A DNA stretch of 64,000 nucleotides. Origin: Amoebophrya sp. A120 (taxonomy: Eukaryota > Protista > Dinoflagellata). The stretch lies in the NCBI GenBank assembly GCA_905178155.1, contig CAJINV010000001.1:5243994-5307993 (forward strand). Reading direction: 5' to 3'. The notes beneath the pieces were generated by a model. It searched no databases. It was not told the DNA's origin and worked only from the letters and a program-made list of their open reading frames with translations. This document shows positions 12,245-25,474 of this stretch, piece after piece (position 1 is the first letter of the stretch; each line of letters begins with the position of its first letter). The translations under genes were made by a program, and so were the position numbers.

Positions 12245-13563
12245 TGTCGTGCCCTGACGGTCCGGAGTGGGGCTCCTTCGTTGTAGACCCGTCCACACAC
12301 GGCTACATCCGAAACTCAAGTGCATCTCGTAGACTTGGCCCTCCCTCCTTTCTTCTTCACTTATCAAGCGACCAGGTGAAACTACACTCCGAAGCGGAGA
12401 GCGCTTCTTGACAGATGACAGTAAATATCTTCAGATAGAGATGAATGAAAAGTATTTCTATTAGAACGCTGCTGCGGAAGCGGATCATGTAATTGTTAAA
12501 ATTATAATTGATGTTTCTATGAGCGTCAGACGTGGCAGGAACCACAACCTTATTTCAGAAAGTATCTTCCGGGCACTGCTGCTTATACTTGTTCTGTGTT
12601 CCTACAACTTTCTGGCGACAGCGATAATTCTTTTCGGTCGCAAGGAGGCGCGTTGCCCCGTGTTTCCGTGATGAATAATCACTCTATATATGTATTACTC
12701 GTCTCAATCCAGCAAGCGACCATCTTCTCGTTCGACAGCGACACAACTGCTACGAGGATCCATGAAGAAGAGCACGGACTTACCAGCACATGATCATGAT
12801 CCAAATGAAACTGATCCCGCGTGGTAGCGATGATTATGTTGATGACACCGAGGCAAAAAGCAGATCTGCACACGAAGCGGATCCATGTGAGAACTTCCGT
12901 AGCTCACTCCTTACAGAGGGCAAAACGTTCCGATATTACGACGTCCATGGTAAACAACAGCTGCAGAAAAACGGCCTACATATCATACAGGGAGACCGCT
13001 CTCGGGACTGTCCTGCGGTTATCACTGGATTGATCTCGGTATCAGCGCCACTCCTATTTTTTTTCTTATGTTTCCGTCTCTGTAAAAATCGGCTGTTTAT
13101 TTTACTTAGTGTTTGCTTCTATCTCTAGCACCTTATGTGTTATATTCAACAGCATTCTCCACGCCGCAACGACCCGACAACCTGTCAGGAACTATTGCAC
13201 AGGAAGTCATTTTTTACACACCAAATGCGCAAGCAGCAGGATCTGGTCCGTAGTTCCTACCACCGAAAATTAAGCTCAGGCGAGAGAAGATCAGACGCAG
13301 CAGTCCCAGTGCCTCCTGTAGTATTTTTCGTGCATGTATATCATTCTCGGCAGGAGGAAGCGACTAGACTCAACAGTTTGCTTCGCTTTGCAAACTCATC
13401 AACGAGCACTCTACTTCTTTCAACGACCATGATGAAGAACGCGGAAGACCGGCTCCTTGTCTTTCTTCCTAGCCAACATTACATAGCAGTTTTGTAATTG
13501 TACTCAAACATAGGTCCCTCCGGAACTTCGACCACAGTCGACATCGACCATGTCCGTCCTCCC

Positions 13564-14528
13564 TCAGACAGCGGCGGCAGGTTCGCCTTCTCCGGCCTGG
13601 AATACTAGGAAAAAAGGTCATCATCTCACTTCACCCAAAAAATGCAAATAATTCCAAGTAAATCCGGAATGCAAGCGCTGGCTCCAAGCATATGCAGTAG
13701 AAGCGATTCCTCTACTTTTTTGCGGAGCGATTCCTTTTTCTTTGCAAAAGATTGTGCTGGAACATGCAAATTTTTCACTCGAGCCGAAGAAATTTGTTCG
13801 GGGTTGACAGTAGGACGAAAACCGGTCTCCATTTGGTAAAACGCCTGCCATTATCGCATCAAAGTCGATCGGCGTGAACGGAACATTCTGTCCCTTTGCC
13901 ATGCGTCCTGAAATGATGTTCATATGCGGGCTCTGGCCGTTTCGTGTCTGTCCACCTTTATTTCGGTTGTAAACTTCGAGGGCATCCGTAATCGTCATGT
14001 GATCATACTTCTTGTCCCGCGTCACCACCGGGGCTCCGCAAATCGTACCCTGAAATAAGTATATGATTGATTTGTATTTTGGAAACGCACCATGCAGCTA
14101 CGATTCATGCTTCCGAGTGGCACTGCGAGCCTGAGAGAGGTGCCTGAACTTCCGGGAAAAGTAGATGATAACGCCCACAGCAGTGGCTCGCTGCCCATAC
14201 TGAGTGATCAAGCGAGCGAGAAGCAGGACCAAAAGCAATGACCCGAATTCGAAACGATATATTTATGACCACAGCAACTAACCAAACGATCAGTAGAACC
14301 ATCGCAAATTTGCGAAAATTGAGCCGAAAAGCGGGTCTGCACCGAGCGGAAGCAATTGAGATATACCGCGTCAAGCTGCGCTCTTCCCGTTGCCTGGGCG
14401 ATGCGATCCCGAAACTCGCCAACCGTCATAGTATCAATGTTGATTTCTAGTTCTGTGCTAGCTCCGGCCGGCTTGATCTTCACTACGCGTCCTCCTGCTG
14501 GTCCGGAAGAGGACGCCGACGTGAGCAT
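13564..14528 (-). CDS. Ubiquitin-like (beta-grasp) small protein, family member 1, multi-exon
   Basis: VVKIKPAGASTELEINIDTMTVGEFRDRIAQATG resembles ubiquitin beta1-beta2-alpha1, and DHMTITDALEVYN resembles DGRTLSDYN. A GT-AG splice gives C-terminal DFDAIMAGAGEGEPAAAV*. Start and signal peptide are uncertain. Confidence 0.5.
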
Positions 14529-16412
14529 GAGCCCAATGACATCCCAGTCAAGAAACGCGATGAATCCAGCACAGAATTTGTATAAGTCTTGCTACGCCTC
14601 TCGGTAATAAGAGCATTCATCGTTGCGTGCACAATGGAAAATCAGCTCCTCACCTGGTGTACACTCGCTTGTCCTATCCATCTATTCTATTGGAAAATTT
14701 CTTCCAACTCAAGCGCAACATGCATCGGGCTCGGGCCAGGTACATGAACTAAAAAAGTGCGTTTCTGTGATGGACGCATCAGCATCAGATACACTGTGCG
14801 TACTGGGTCGTGGGAGCGAAACAGAGCAAAGCCGCACAGAAAAGCGCGAGCACCGCCTGTCGCAAGTAGCCTCGGAAAGCCTGCATCCCGTCGGTGTGTG
14901 TGGGTGTGTGGCCGAGGCGCTTCTCACGAAACCCGGATAGCTGGTGGAGGAGGAGGGAGATTGATTGTCCACAGAAAGGCTTCAAGGTGCAGGCTATTCG
15001 TCCACGCGCTGCGCCTGGTAGATTATACACAACTCCGCGATGGTGGAATTGCTGCGGTAATCACAAGGAGATAATGTACTGAATGGACGAATTTTAGAGA
15101 GAATGAACTTTAGTGGTGTGATACACAAAGCCGTACGTTTTGTTTTTGTTCAGGCTCGAATACGAGAGAATCTCAGAAGGAAGGCGGTCTTTTTCACCAG
15201 CAACGGCGTTGCTTGTCTGTAGTTGCCTCTGCTGGAGTTAGAATTCCACATTTCCCCGTGTTGCAAGCGAACAAAAGGCTATCGCATCTGTATCTTCTCA
15301 TGAATATGCAAGAGCATCAAGACGCGTCAAAACACAATGATGATGAAAATGAATTGTAACGATGAAGGCAGCGATCTTGCTAAGGAAGACGAGGATGATC
15401 GACGGTACCTGGATCTTCTTTCGGAAAAAACTAAGATCTCAGGAGCAGTAAGAGGACCAGGTCTTCTTTGTCTTTCAGTAAGTACACGTACACGTAGGTA
15501 CTGGAGAAAAAAAAACTTCTTTCTGATCCTGGATAGCGGGATCTTTTCCTGATTAATTCACTTACGAGAGAGGACTGATACCTGACCATGATCCTCATCC
15601 TCTAGCACTACTCGCTTCAATCAGACGTCGACCTCGTGGCAACGCACAGGCAGTTGCGACTGCCCACGAAAAAACAACCATAGGAAGGCACACGCTACGG
15701 CTACCTCCCAATGCCTATGAAACCATCTGCTCGTGGATCTTCGATGATGGCATTTTCCTACTCTTTATCATTTTGGTAGTTCCGAGTCGTCGAGCAGCCG
15801 GCGCAGCGAAAAAACCGTTCCTCCGGCCACGGACCGGCTGATCTCACAAAAACAGTGCTCCACACTGTATTACAATGCCAATGCGTACAGTTGCCACGTC
15901 TTTTTTCGAAAAAAGAACCGTTATCGATACTTATCCATAGACACGTGGCACTCGGTAGCTCTAAGTTTTCAACACCGTGCTGTCCTGTGAGCGCGTGCAC
16001 CAACGTGTCCAAGTGTTTCCATTATCCTCCCGGCTATCATATCCGACGAGAAGCAGAGACAAGTCCATACAACCTGCGAAATTATAATTATTTATTGTTG
16101 CACTAGGAGCATTAACTTGTCCGAGCAGCAGGTCAGCCTAGCTCCGCTGCATCGCAAAAATACCCGCTCGACAAGCTTCTTTTTCCCTATGCCTGCAAAA
16201 AGTGATCAAGAGCATGTCAAAAAAAAGGCAGAAGCTGGCGTCACTCAACTGGTTTCACTACAAGATTGACTGGCTCCTGGGTCTGCGAGCACAAACGCCC
16301 TTGTTGGGTTCAAGTATAACTCAAATTTGCAGACTGCCACCGGTAACAAATACCTTCTTTCCGATCCCGAGTCAGAATCACAGTCCTTGTCCGGATCTGT
16401 AAGCTGGCTACT

Positions 16413-19392
16413 TCACCCTTCCTGCTCAAACTGAAAGTCCGGGAGCGGCACCAGATCACCGTGCGGGAAGAGCGTGGCGAGTGGGCCCGAGTACTCCGCG
16501 GCTATGGTCATTTGCCGCTGCGCCTGTTCCGCCACGTTCCTCGCGGCGGGCGGCAGCTCATCGAGAAACCGGCCACTGGTGGCCGCCAGCATCCCCGTTG
16601 TTCGGATGAACTCCTCGATGCGCTTGTCGACCTCTGTCAGCTTCTCCGGGTCGCCGCGATGGCTGTCGCCGCCGTCCTCCTCCGCGTCCCCCGGTCCGCC
16701 CTCGTCAACATCCATCGGACCTTCATTGCCGGGCCCGGGAGACGAACCTCCCCCGGGAGAGGAACCTCCCCCTGCTGTGTTGCTGCCCCCGCCAGTTTCC
16801 TGAGTGTCGCCTCCCGGCGGACCAGCAGAGTCACCATTGTTTTCCTGAGTAGGTGGTTCTGGACCGCTGTGACCGTCGCCTGCAAAATTGTCAAGTAGGT
16901 AAATTGTCTTCATTTACGGTTGAAATTTTTCATCCGATTTCCACATGCGCACTTATCAATTTTCCATAAAATAATAACGAGTCGGGCTACAACGCTGGTG
17001 CTCTTCCAAATAAAGCGAGAGCGCGTCTCTGCGAACATTTGAACATGCCAAAATCAATCACGTAGATCTAGTTTGAGCTTCCGCTGCCGCCCCTACTGCC
17101 AGCTGGGTCCCTGTGAACTGCCTTAAGTACTGAAGTACCTCCGGCCACATTCGTGTTCGTGCTGTCTCCGCCAGCAGTGCCGGGTTGTCCTCCACCAGGG
17201 GCAGGGGGCGGCGACACCACGCTGTCCGTAGCAGGTACATCCCTCGGAGGTGAGCTTTCGCCCTCTCCCGGCTCGTCAACATCGTCATCATCGTCAGCCT
17301 CGTCGCCCGTGATTTCCTCGCCGGTTTCCTCGGTATACTCGTAAAATATTGTGTATCCAATAAGCTCCTTGTTCCGAAAGACATGTTTTATTTGCAAAGC
17401 CGGCTGATCCTGCATCAGTCTGCCACGAGCGCAGGAACGCTTGCAACTGCAAGTAGATTGACACGCAAGATGCAAGCACGAATGCAAAAGTATTGAAAAC
17501 ACAACTTTTTGTTTCTGCGTGGTACTCGTCCACAATAATCCAATCCTCACGCTCATCACTGTAGACCAGACGGGCGCGCCCCGAACTTCCGGAGGAAGAA
17601 ACAGCCATGCACATGGGCTGCGCTGCCGTTCCCGGCCGCGGCAGTTTCTGGCGGAATGGATCGATCAGCAAGCTGACAAGCTCCTTCTTCCGACTATTCA
17701 TACGACCCTGCGTTCTTGCACCACGCCGGGTACCACCACCCGCACCGCTGCGATCGGCGCGCAGAAATCCTGGTTGCCGCCGCGCGCTGCCGGGACGCCG
17801 CGCAAGCATCATCATCGGTCTCGCCCCGTCCCCGCCCTGGTGAGCTCCCGCATTTCGCGGACCAAGCAGTTCCCGCGCCAGCTGACGCAGCAAAAGTGCG
17901 AGATCGAGTACCTGGTAGATCTCGTGCTGCGAAAAACAATGTCCGCGCACGTGCGTGAAACCCGATAGCAGGACCGGAGACCGCAGGTTTTCCGCCCCCG
18001 GCTCGGTCGCCTGCGACGGATCGCGGAATTCGCCGTTCGGAAGCGAGAGAAGGCGGAGCGTGACCCGTGGAAGTAGCTCGCGCGTCGACGGCGCCCAGTG
18101 TGACACATGCCCTCTGCCGTACCACACATCCTGCCAGGCGGGAACGAGAAGCGACTCGAGCATGTCCAGCACGAAGGGAAACCAGGTGTTCCGCGTCCAC
18201 TCGTACTTCAACTTCTGGCTACGAGCGTCGGGGACGTCTGCTGGACGGACCATCATAATCGCCATGTAGTCGGGATTCTTCTCAATGTCGTCCTCCCACG
18301 AAGTGGTCTATCCCGGTGGGGAAAAAAACACATTTTTCCTTCCTGCTCCCGAACTCGGGCGGGCACTGGTGTCGTGATTATTTCAAACAGTTTTTATCAC
18401 AAGTGACGGTTGTCACCTGAGCATGTAGTGGAAGAACTTCTTCTGTCGTCAATTATGACACGAAACCCGATATTACTTCTTCATAAAAGGTGATAGAGAT
18501 TGGGCAAGCATCGGGCTATTTGAAATAAGTTAGTAGCCTGATGCTTGCCCAACCGCTCGTGATGACATCCATCAGCAAGACCGGAGCGCCGCTCCGGGAG
18601 CGGGAATTTCAAATGTGTAATTTTTCAAACTACATAAGAAGGCCGTCTGGTACAAGCGCTGGGCCGCTATCAGCTTTCGGACAGGCTGAATGTCTGTTGT
18701 GATGCTATCCTAACAAAAAAAGTATTTCTCAGCGACAGACAAAAAGTGGCCACGTGTAGACGTGTTCCTATCCAATCGAGGCTTGCATTTGCAGTTGTGC
18801 ATGCACGCTCTACAAATAAAAGCAACTGACACCGCGGAAGGAGATCACGGACAAACTGCAAGTGCGGGTCTTGATCTATCATGCTCACGTGGATAGAAAC
18901 TTGGGCTGCAAAAATGTAGACCTGATGCAATATTTTGTTAGCATAGGTCCCGGCCGAAGGGTCCCCTCGCTGATTAGTGGCGGCGAGGACCGCGTCTGCT
19001 GCTGGAACTGGTTGCACCATTCGTGTCACTGCGGCAAAAAGAAGGGCCAGGTCAGACTGAAAAAAGTGCATTTTCTGGCTGTCCGGAGCCATTCCGTGGT
19101 CGTGCCACTTGCTCGCGGCCTCCAGCACCGCCGTCGACGCCACGCGCTCCGGATTCGGACACAGCACTCCGGTCTCCGGGTTGGGTGCGACTCGGGCTTC
19201 CTCCACCTTTGCGAATGCGGCTTCCAGAATCTCCAAGCGAACCTGCATGGTGCCGCTGTCAGGACGACCAGGAGGCGCGGCAGGAACGGCGCCTGTGGCT
19301 GTGCCGAAAATGCTCGTCCGCAAATAACCAAAGCGGCTGGAGGCCTGGACGCCAACCGCGGCCGCGAAACACAACACCTCGCGGCTTCGCAT
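16413..19392 (-). CDS. Putative secreted hypothetical protein, multi-exon, with acidic and Gly/Pro-rich C-terminal segments
   Basis: N-terminus MRSREVLCFAAAVGVQASS. Long GC-rich ORFs at 18670-19431, 17294-18265, 17068-17340 and 16413-16913. No recognisable family. Confidence 0.5.
18500..18552. repeat. 19-bp inverted repeat (hairpin, 15-nt loop) in a probable intron
   Basis: ttgggcaagcatcgggcta ... tagcctgatgcttgcccaa, one mismatch. Confidence 0.85.
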
Positions 19393-21313
19393 TCTCGCTT
19401 TCTGCGATTGCCAGTTCTGGTCTGAAGGCACAGGAGGGGGCTCGAATCGATGCTGCGCCGCAAAGGTAGTGAAAATGAGTTGGGCTATGGAAAAATCTGC
19501 TCGCGACTTCGAAACGACGGATGAAGAATCGAGACCGACCTCGATGGATTGATTTTTAGATCGTATCTAAACAAGATTTAGACGGTCAGAAAGATATAGA
19601 TTCCTCGTGGTGGAAAAATGTCAATGTGCGGTTTTCTCTTCTACTTTACTCAATCAAGGAATTCTTCTACAATTGTAGGTAGTTGTTCACTGAAAGAACA
19701 ACTTGTGACACAGCAGGGAAATGAACTAGAAAAAGCTGCGTGGTTTGGGACTGAGTTGAATACACGACCTTGTGCCGGCATCATAAGGTATGGCAAGGCG
19801 ACAGCGAGTATCTATCAATCACAACTTGTTTCAACTGCATGCTCAACCGCCTAGCAGCCGGCGCTTCAACACACTGAGCTCCTCGACCCAGCTGATCTTG
19901 GTTATCGCAAAGCACCGCCACCGCTATGAACTTGTTACAGTTACGGTCTCGATGCTTACATAAGAAACTCACGAGATGGAGAGGAACGAACGCAACGCTA
20001 TGAAAGTACAACCATTGAGACCTCTACTTCCAGGGATCTTGAGGTGGATCTTGATCTTCTATGCGGAACTTGCACGAAAACAAAGCTCATCGATCCGGGA
20101 TCACGGCAGCAAGATCTCGGTTCGCCATCAGTCTAATAGGGTGTCTTCATAGTCACTACTTCTACTAACAACCGCACGTATACCACATCCTGCTTGTGGT
20201 GGCGAACTCTATAGCACATCTAGTTCTTGGCGAAAAGTGCAAACATTACAGAAAAAAGGGAAGCCATTACCATATCGGTATAATGATGCGAATCGCAACA
20301 AAGTCGTAGTTCGTTTTCAATAATGTCTTTCTCGTCTGATCTTCAACTGCCCGTGCTGGTGTGTAAGCAGCTTCAGCCTCGAGGGCCTGCGCTAAACGAG
20401 CACATAGTGACAAATCCGCACGCAGCTGAAGCAGCTGAATGGCGTCTTTTGACTTTTTCATTTTCTGTATGTACTTGCACAGCTTAAGTTCTGTGTTCAG
20501 GTCTCCATAACGTTGATTCTCTGCTGCGCCGCAATCGCAGTTGCAAAATACTGATCGTGGTTCGCGCGGGCAGGCTTCACTTTTTCTGCACGAACAGCCT
20601 TTCCTAATTGGCTAGCACACTGTCCAACCTACGTGATACATCGCAAAACTTACCAATGACCTTGTTGACGTCCACGCCTGTGAATGCATGAGTCAACGAC
20701 ACTCCGCAGAGAATGAGAAAAGCACATGCTCGTGTAGATATGCAAGCGGCCGAGGCCGATTCGACAAACGGCGCAGCTGTAATTTTTGCTCGTCATGAGG
20801 AACGCGTCGAGCTAGTAAAGACTCATGCAAGCGCAGGCCTCTTGTCATTGTCATTTCATTACTGCATTCTCATCTATCATATGGACCTCGCCAGCCAACA
20901 GATTCGCGCCGTACCCGTATGCTCGTAAAGCCGATCTGCAATTTCACATCTTGGACTCAGAATTCGTCTGGGAAGTTGAGATCGCTTTTGAAATGGTGCT
21001 TTTCTTTATCAAGCCGAAAATGGAACTGCCACCCCTCCGCAATCTCCGAGTCACCACGAAAAATTTTGCGGACATCAAAAGTTGTTACTCTGTCTTACTT
21101 CAAGGTTGCACGGGGGGCCGCCGTATCTCCCCACCCTTTCTCATGCGCTTTTCTTTGCTTAATACGCAATAGTCCTGCTTCACGGGCCGGGTACACATCA
21201 TGACCTTGAGCGTGTCCAGCTCTCAGGAGTGAGGGGCGGCAAATACGATACATATTTTCTCTTGCGGGTCTGCACATGACAATGCACGATCTAGAGAGCA
21301 GGATGAGGTGGGG

Positions 21314-23504
21314 TTACATATCTTCGTGTTGATAAATGGCCATTTCCCCAACAGCTCTCCAATACGACGCGTCTGCCTTCTCCCCTGCTGCCTCTGCTCC
21401 TGAGGCGATCCACCTGAAGATGTTCTTCGTATGCCGAGAGTAAAGGAAAGTTGCCAGCTGCTCTTTGCAGTGGAGGGTGCCAGTCTACGACCAAAAATTC
21501 ACCATAATTTAAGAATATGTCACTCTCACGACTTCGAGCTTGATTCAATGTGATCGAGCAGGGTGGCATAAGAGTCCTGGTTGAAATCGCAATTCTATGT
21601 ACCTGCGCCACAGTCTCTGCGCCTCAGGATCGTAGGGGGTGTCGACAGTCCCGGCGTCAGGGTGCACCAAGAATTCCCACAAGCGGTCAATCCAGCCGTG
21701 GAGAGAGTAATGCTGGCACTATCCCATGCAAACATGCGTGTGATGGAACTCGTTCCGAGAGCCAACTTAGACTTTAATCGGCCAAAACAACAAAGTTTCA
21801 GTGATGGCTTGCAACCTTTAGTCGGACCGCTGTAAATGGAAAACTTTCGACTTTCACCACAGCAGATACATACTTACTCCTAGTTGTATCTGTTTTTCAG
21901 TAAAAGTAACAAGGTCATCCAAAAACGAATGGCGTCTTGGGGCGCTTTTCGATGTCGCACTCGCACACTTGCGAGCCTGGTAGGCCATGCGCAGAAGTAC
22001 TACTACAAGATCGTTGCACCGGATAGCCAATTACCCTCGGAAATCTTGAAACAGCACCTCCCGCCTGTTTTGTAGGATGAGCGCTTTCCTACCGATGTAC
22101 TCAAGGAAGAAGACACATGCCATCGTGTCATATTATGGTAAAAATTTCTAACTCAGAAGCCTTGCACACTGGGGCTTGAATGAGGCAAATCCATTCCTGG
22201 CTCAGAAAGCTAACTAGTGCAGGACTCATCATGCGGCCGTCCACAAAACAGTTTGCTACAACACTACTCCCTAGCTGGATTAGAGTTAGTATCAATCTTA
22301 CTGGTGCCGCTGTTGTTTATGTGTGCGTGGAACGTCTTGAATTTTGCATAAGCCTGGGGCTGCTCCGGGAGGCGGACCTGCAACGCGTTCGGATCCTTGT
22401 AAATATTCCAGCCTTCAGGCACCGAAAACCCATCCGGAATCATTATCTTGAAGTGCTGTAAAGGCAGTAGTGGCACATTCATTGCAGGGTGGAGAAAAGT
22501 CAGTCTACGCAAGCTCAAAAGAAAAATGCTATAGTATTTCTACTCCGTGCGGACCATGACGATATTCATTTTCTGCATCATCTGCAACCCCGCAGCGGGA
22601 AAAAAGCAAGCTGAAGTCATCGCTATTCAAAGGTACAAACATGTTCCTGCGTGCATCAGTGAGTCCGTGCAAACCTTTATACCATCAACAGTCCGTGGTA
22701 GTTTTGATAAGGGAAGCTGTGTGTCGTCGAGAAGGTCTTCTGGTCGGGCAGGAAGTCTACCAACAAATTTCCGTCATCCGTGACTTTGGCATGGAGCGCT
22801 ATGCATTCGCAAAACTATCATGACACCACGCCTGGGCATACACACGCTGCAACAATTTCTAATGATCCATCAGCACCTTCAATACAAGCAGACAGAGCAA
22901 ATCTGCAGCTGTTGCCAAGTATTTATATATAGAAAAGGAAAACTGGCACGTTGACCGTGACAGCGCCAGGTTCCAACATGTGAGATTGTTTTGCCCCTGA
23001 TAAATTCGGGCTCGTCACCATTGTCCCACTGCGCATTGATGTAACCTTCCACCCAACGCTCCAAGGCGGCCTGTATTTTCAATATTTTTTCTTCAACGGG
23101 TGGATATCATATTCATAGATACCGATCGTTGCAATTAGGAAAACAAAGTCCAACGTCGACGAGCAAGATGTGCTAGTGTAAGTATGTCTGTCACTCACGA
23201 ACAGGAATTCACGAGAAGCAGCATGTGGAAGCAAAGCAGCTGCGAAAATGGCTGTGCAACGCTTGGATCAACAGACCTTCCAGACGTAAGAATTACTATT
23301 CAAAAGGACGTCAGAATTACTATTCAAAATAGTTATGACTTCCATTGCATCATCTACAACAAAGTTCCACCATGCCATGTTGCAGTATCAAATTGAACAC
23401 ACTCACACTTACTGTACCTTTTTGTCTCCGTCCCCGCCGCGAAGAGTGACCGCCAAGGTTTGCGCCGCAAGGCAGCACGCCAAAAACAGGGTCTGCTTCA
23501 TCAT
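21314..23504 (-). CDS. Signal-peptide-bearing divergent E2 (UBC-fold) protein, paralog A, multi-exon
   Basis: Signal peptide MMKQTLFLACCLAAQTLA. Exons: ALERWVEGY..EPEF; VTDDGNLLVDFLPDQ..YQNYHG; FKIMIPDGFSVPEGW..QPQAYAKFKTFHAHINN; HYSLHGWIDRLWEFLVHPDAGTVDTPYDPEAQRLWR; ..SYWRAVGEMA. The exon carrying the catalytic Cys was not resolved. Confidence 0.65.
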
Positions 23505-25474
23505 CCTTGTCGGCTGAGAACCGTGGTTTGGACTGGACCACAATGGTATCCTCGGATACGGACGCGCCGGAGATGCGTGAGTAGAAAAGAAGTGGCGCAA
23601 TACAAGACGCCTGCTTTCGCTTGGGTTTGCCGATTCGTAGATCTTCTACTTCGAACCGATGGTCAATGTGTTTCACGAATACACGTCACGAATACACGCG
23701 CAAGAACTTGCTCTGGTATCGTAAAACCTTTAGAGGGATCAGCGGAAGGATTTTTTTCGAAATGTATGTATTCTTTATTTCTGTTTTGTATCTAAGTTGC
23801 GAACTAGAGTGTCGTCCAGCTGCTGTCTTTACTCTGATGAGGATGTACAGAGCCTCCAAACCTGATTTGCCTGAAAATCGTTATGGAATGAGATGTCCAC
23901 CGGGTGCCTGCATGATCAGTACGGTTGAAACAGAAAACGAGGGATCCGTGCCCGGAAGGAAGAAACAGCACAGTGAGCACATGAAAAGGATCCTATGCCA
24001 TCTTCACCTCTATCATCAAGAAAACCACGCGACGCCAGCAGTGGATCGTTCTTCTTTGCAAAAACGTCGAGCCCTTTATTGCTGGCTTCCCAACGCATCT
24101 CCTGAACTTCTAAAAAGAACGCACAGTGGCACAGCATGGATTGTGGTGATGTTGTAGGTCTACGACACAAGAAACGGATCATCTTTCAGTCCCAAATCGA
24201 GAGGAGCCACGCACACAGCGCTGATCTTCCGCTGACCATAGCGGTTTGATCTTCCGTTAGGACGAGCGAGAGCGTGGTCTTTCAGCACAGTTACAACACT
24301 TCAGGCTCGATCCAGATCCACTTTGGCAGACTACATCAATATGAACTTGCGACTACCCATCAGATCCTCTTTCTAGGGACGCCATTCCTCGTGTCTGAAG
24401 ATTTCATATAACAACCGTCAGCTCACCTTGGGAATGGATCTGCGTGCCTTCGCTGCTGGTCTTCTTGTCTTGTGAACCAGGATCCCAAGACATCAAAGCG
24501 CAAAAAAAAGTTCCGGTACGAGCGAACTCGGATCCAGTGAACAGTCTCCCTCGGCCAGTACTCCAGGACTGACGGTTCTACTTATTCGTCCACGCAAAGT
24601 CGTGGACCAATCGTGTACAAACAAACGAAAGGCAAAGTACATTGTCCACGTAAATCTACCGAATAATTACCACCGCGCTGCAGTCGACTAGCGGCAGCTG
24701 AGGGAAGAGTAAAATTCAGTGAAAGTAGATAGAAATTGTATACTATTAGTTGTAGAACAAAGTGAAAACATTGTATATCATTGGCGCGCCATCAACCCGT
24801 CCTCAGTTCTTTTTAGGCGCCAAGTTTTAGCAGCGTCTCTGAACGAGCATGTGCGCACGTGTGAAACGTTTCTCGCGAACGGACTGCTGACGCCCCAGAG
24901 ACGGTACGTACCAGTACTGGTTCGTTGTCGTGAACCAGCCATCATCTTACAGAAAATTCCATGCCGGACCTGATAGTGGCGCCCGACGGAAACTCGATCT
25001 CCTCGCCGAATTACATCAAATTTCAGGATAATTCAACAACCTCTGGACCTGAACCAGAAGCTGGATAGAAATAGAAAAGCCTCCTGCTGCTCCGCATGAG
25101 AAACGAACTCAATTCAGAGGGGCAGGCTCCGTCGATGCCCGGACAGACAAGTAAGTGCAGTTACCTCTTCCGTGCGCAGAGGACAGAAGAAGTGAAACAA
25201 TATATAATTCGAAGACAGAGTGATGTGCCGCAGCCGTGCTCGTCTCGCGACCGCGCTACTCGATCGTGTCCGTGAACCTCAGGTCTTTCCTGTAGCGATT
25301 TGCAATGCAAAAATGTCTGAGTCTGGAAAAGTGAAGAGTTTGTCACGCAGGGCTTGCATGCCCCAGAAGGTTTGGAATGCAAAGTTTCAGTTTCTTTGCA
25401 ACGCCACCCAGCATGACAAATTGTCTCTCTGCGTGGGCAAGAGGGGAACGGAAGCGGAACGAAGCTCTTACTGC

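Noticed and set aside
19780-21280. Possible additional gene fragments (also 27640-28730, 30670-30900 and 41480-42450)
   Set aside because: Short coding-like patches without motifs or resolvable splice structure; I cannot support a call.
23283-23329. Short tandem duplication gacgt(a/c)agaattactattcaaaa x2 (a similar 21-bp pair lies near 28336-28378)
   Set aside because: Only two adjacent copies with no spacers, so not CRISPR-like; ordinary slippage duplication.
23430-23450. LRGG immediately after the signal peptide of E2 paralog A
   Set aside because: No Ubl domain precedes it and paralogs B and C lack it; probably coincidental.
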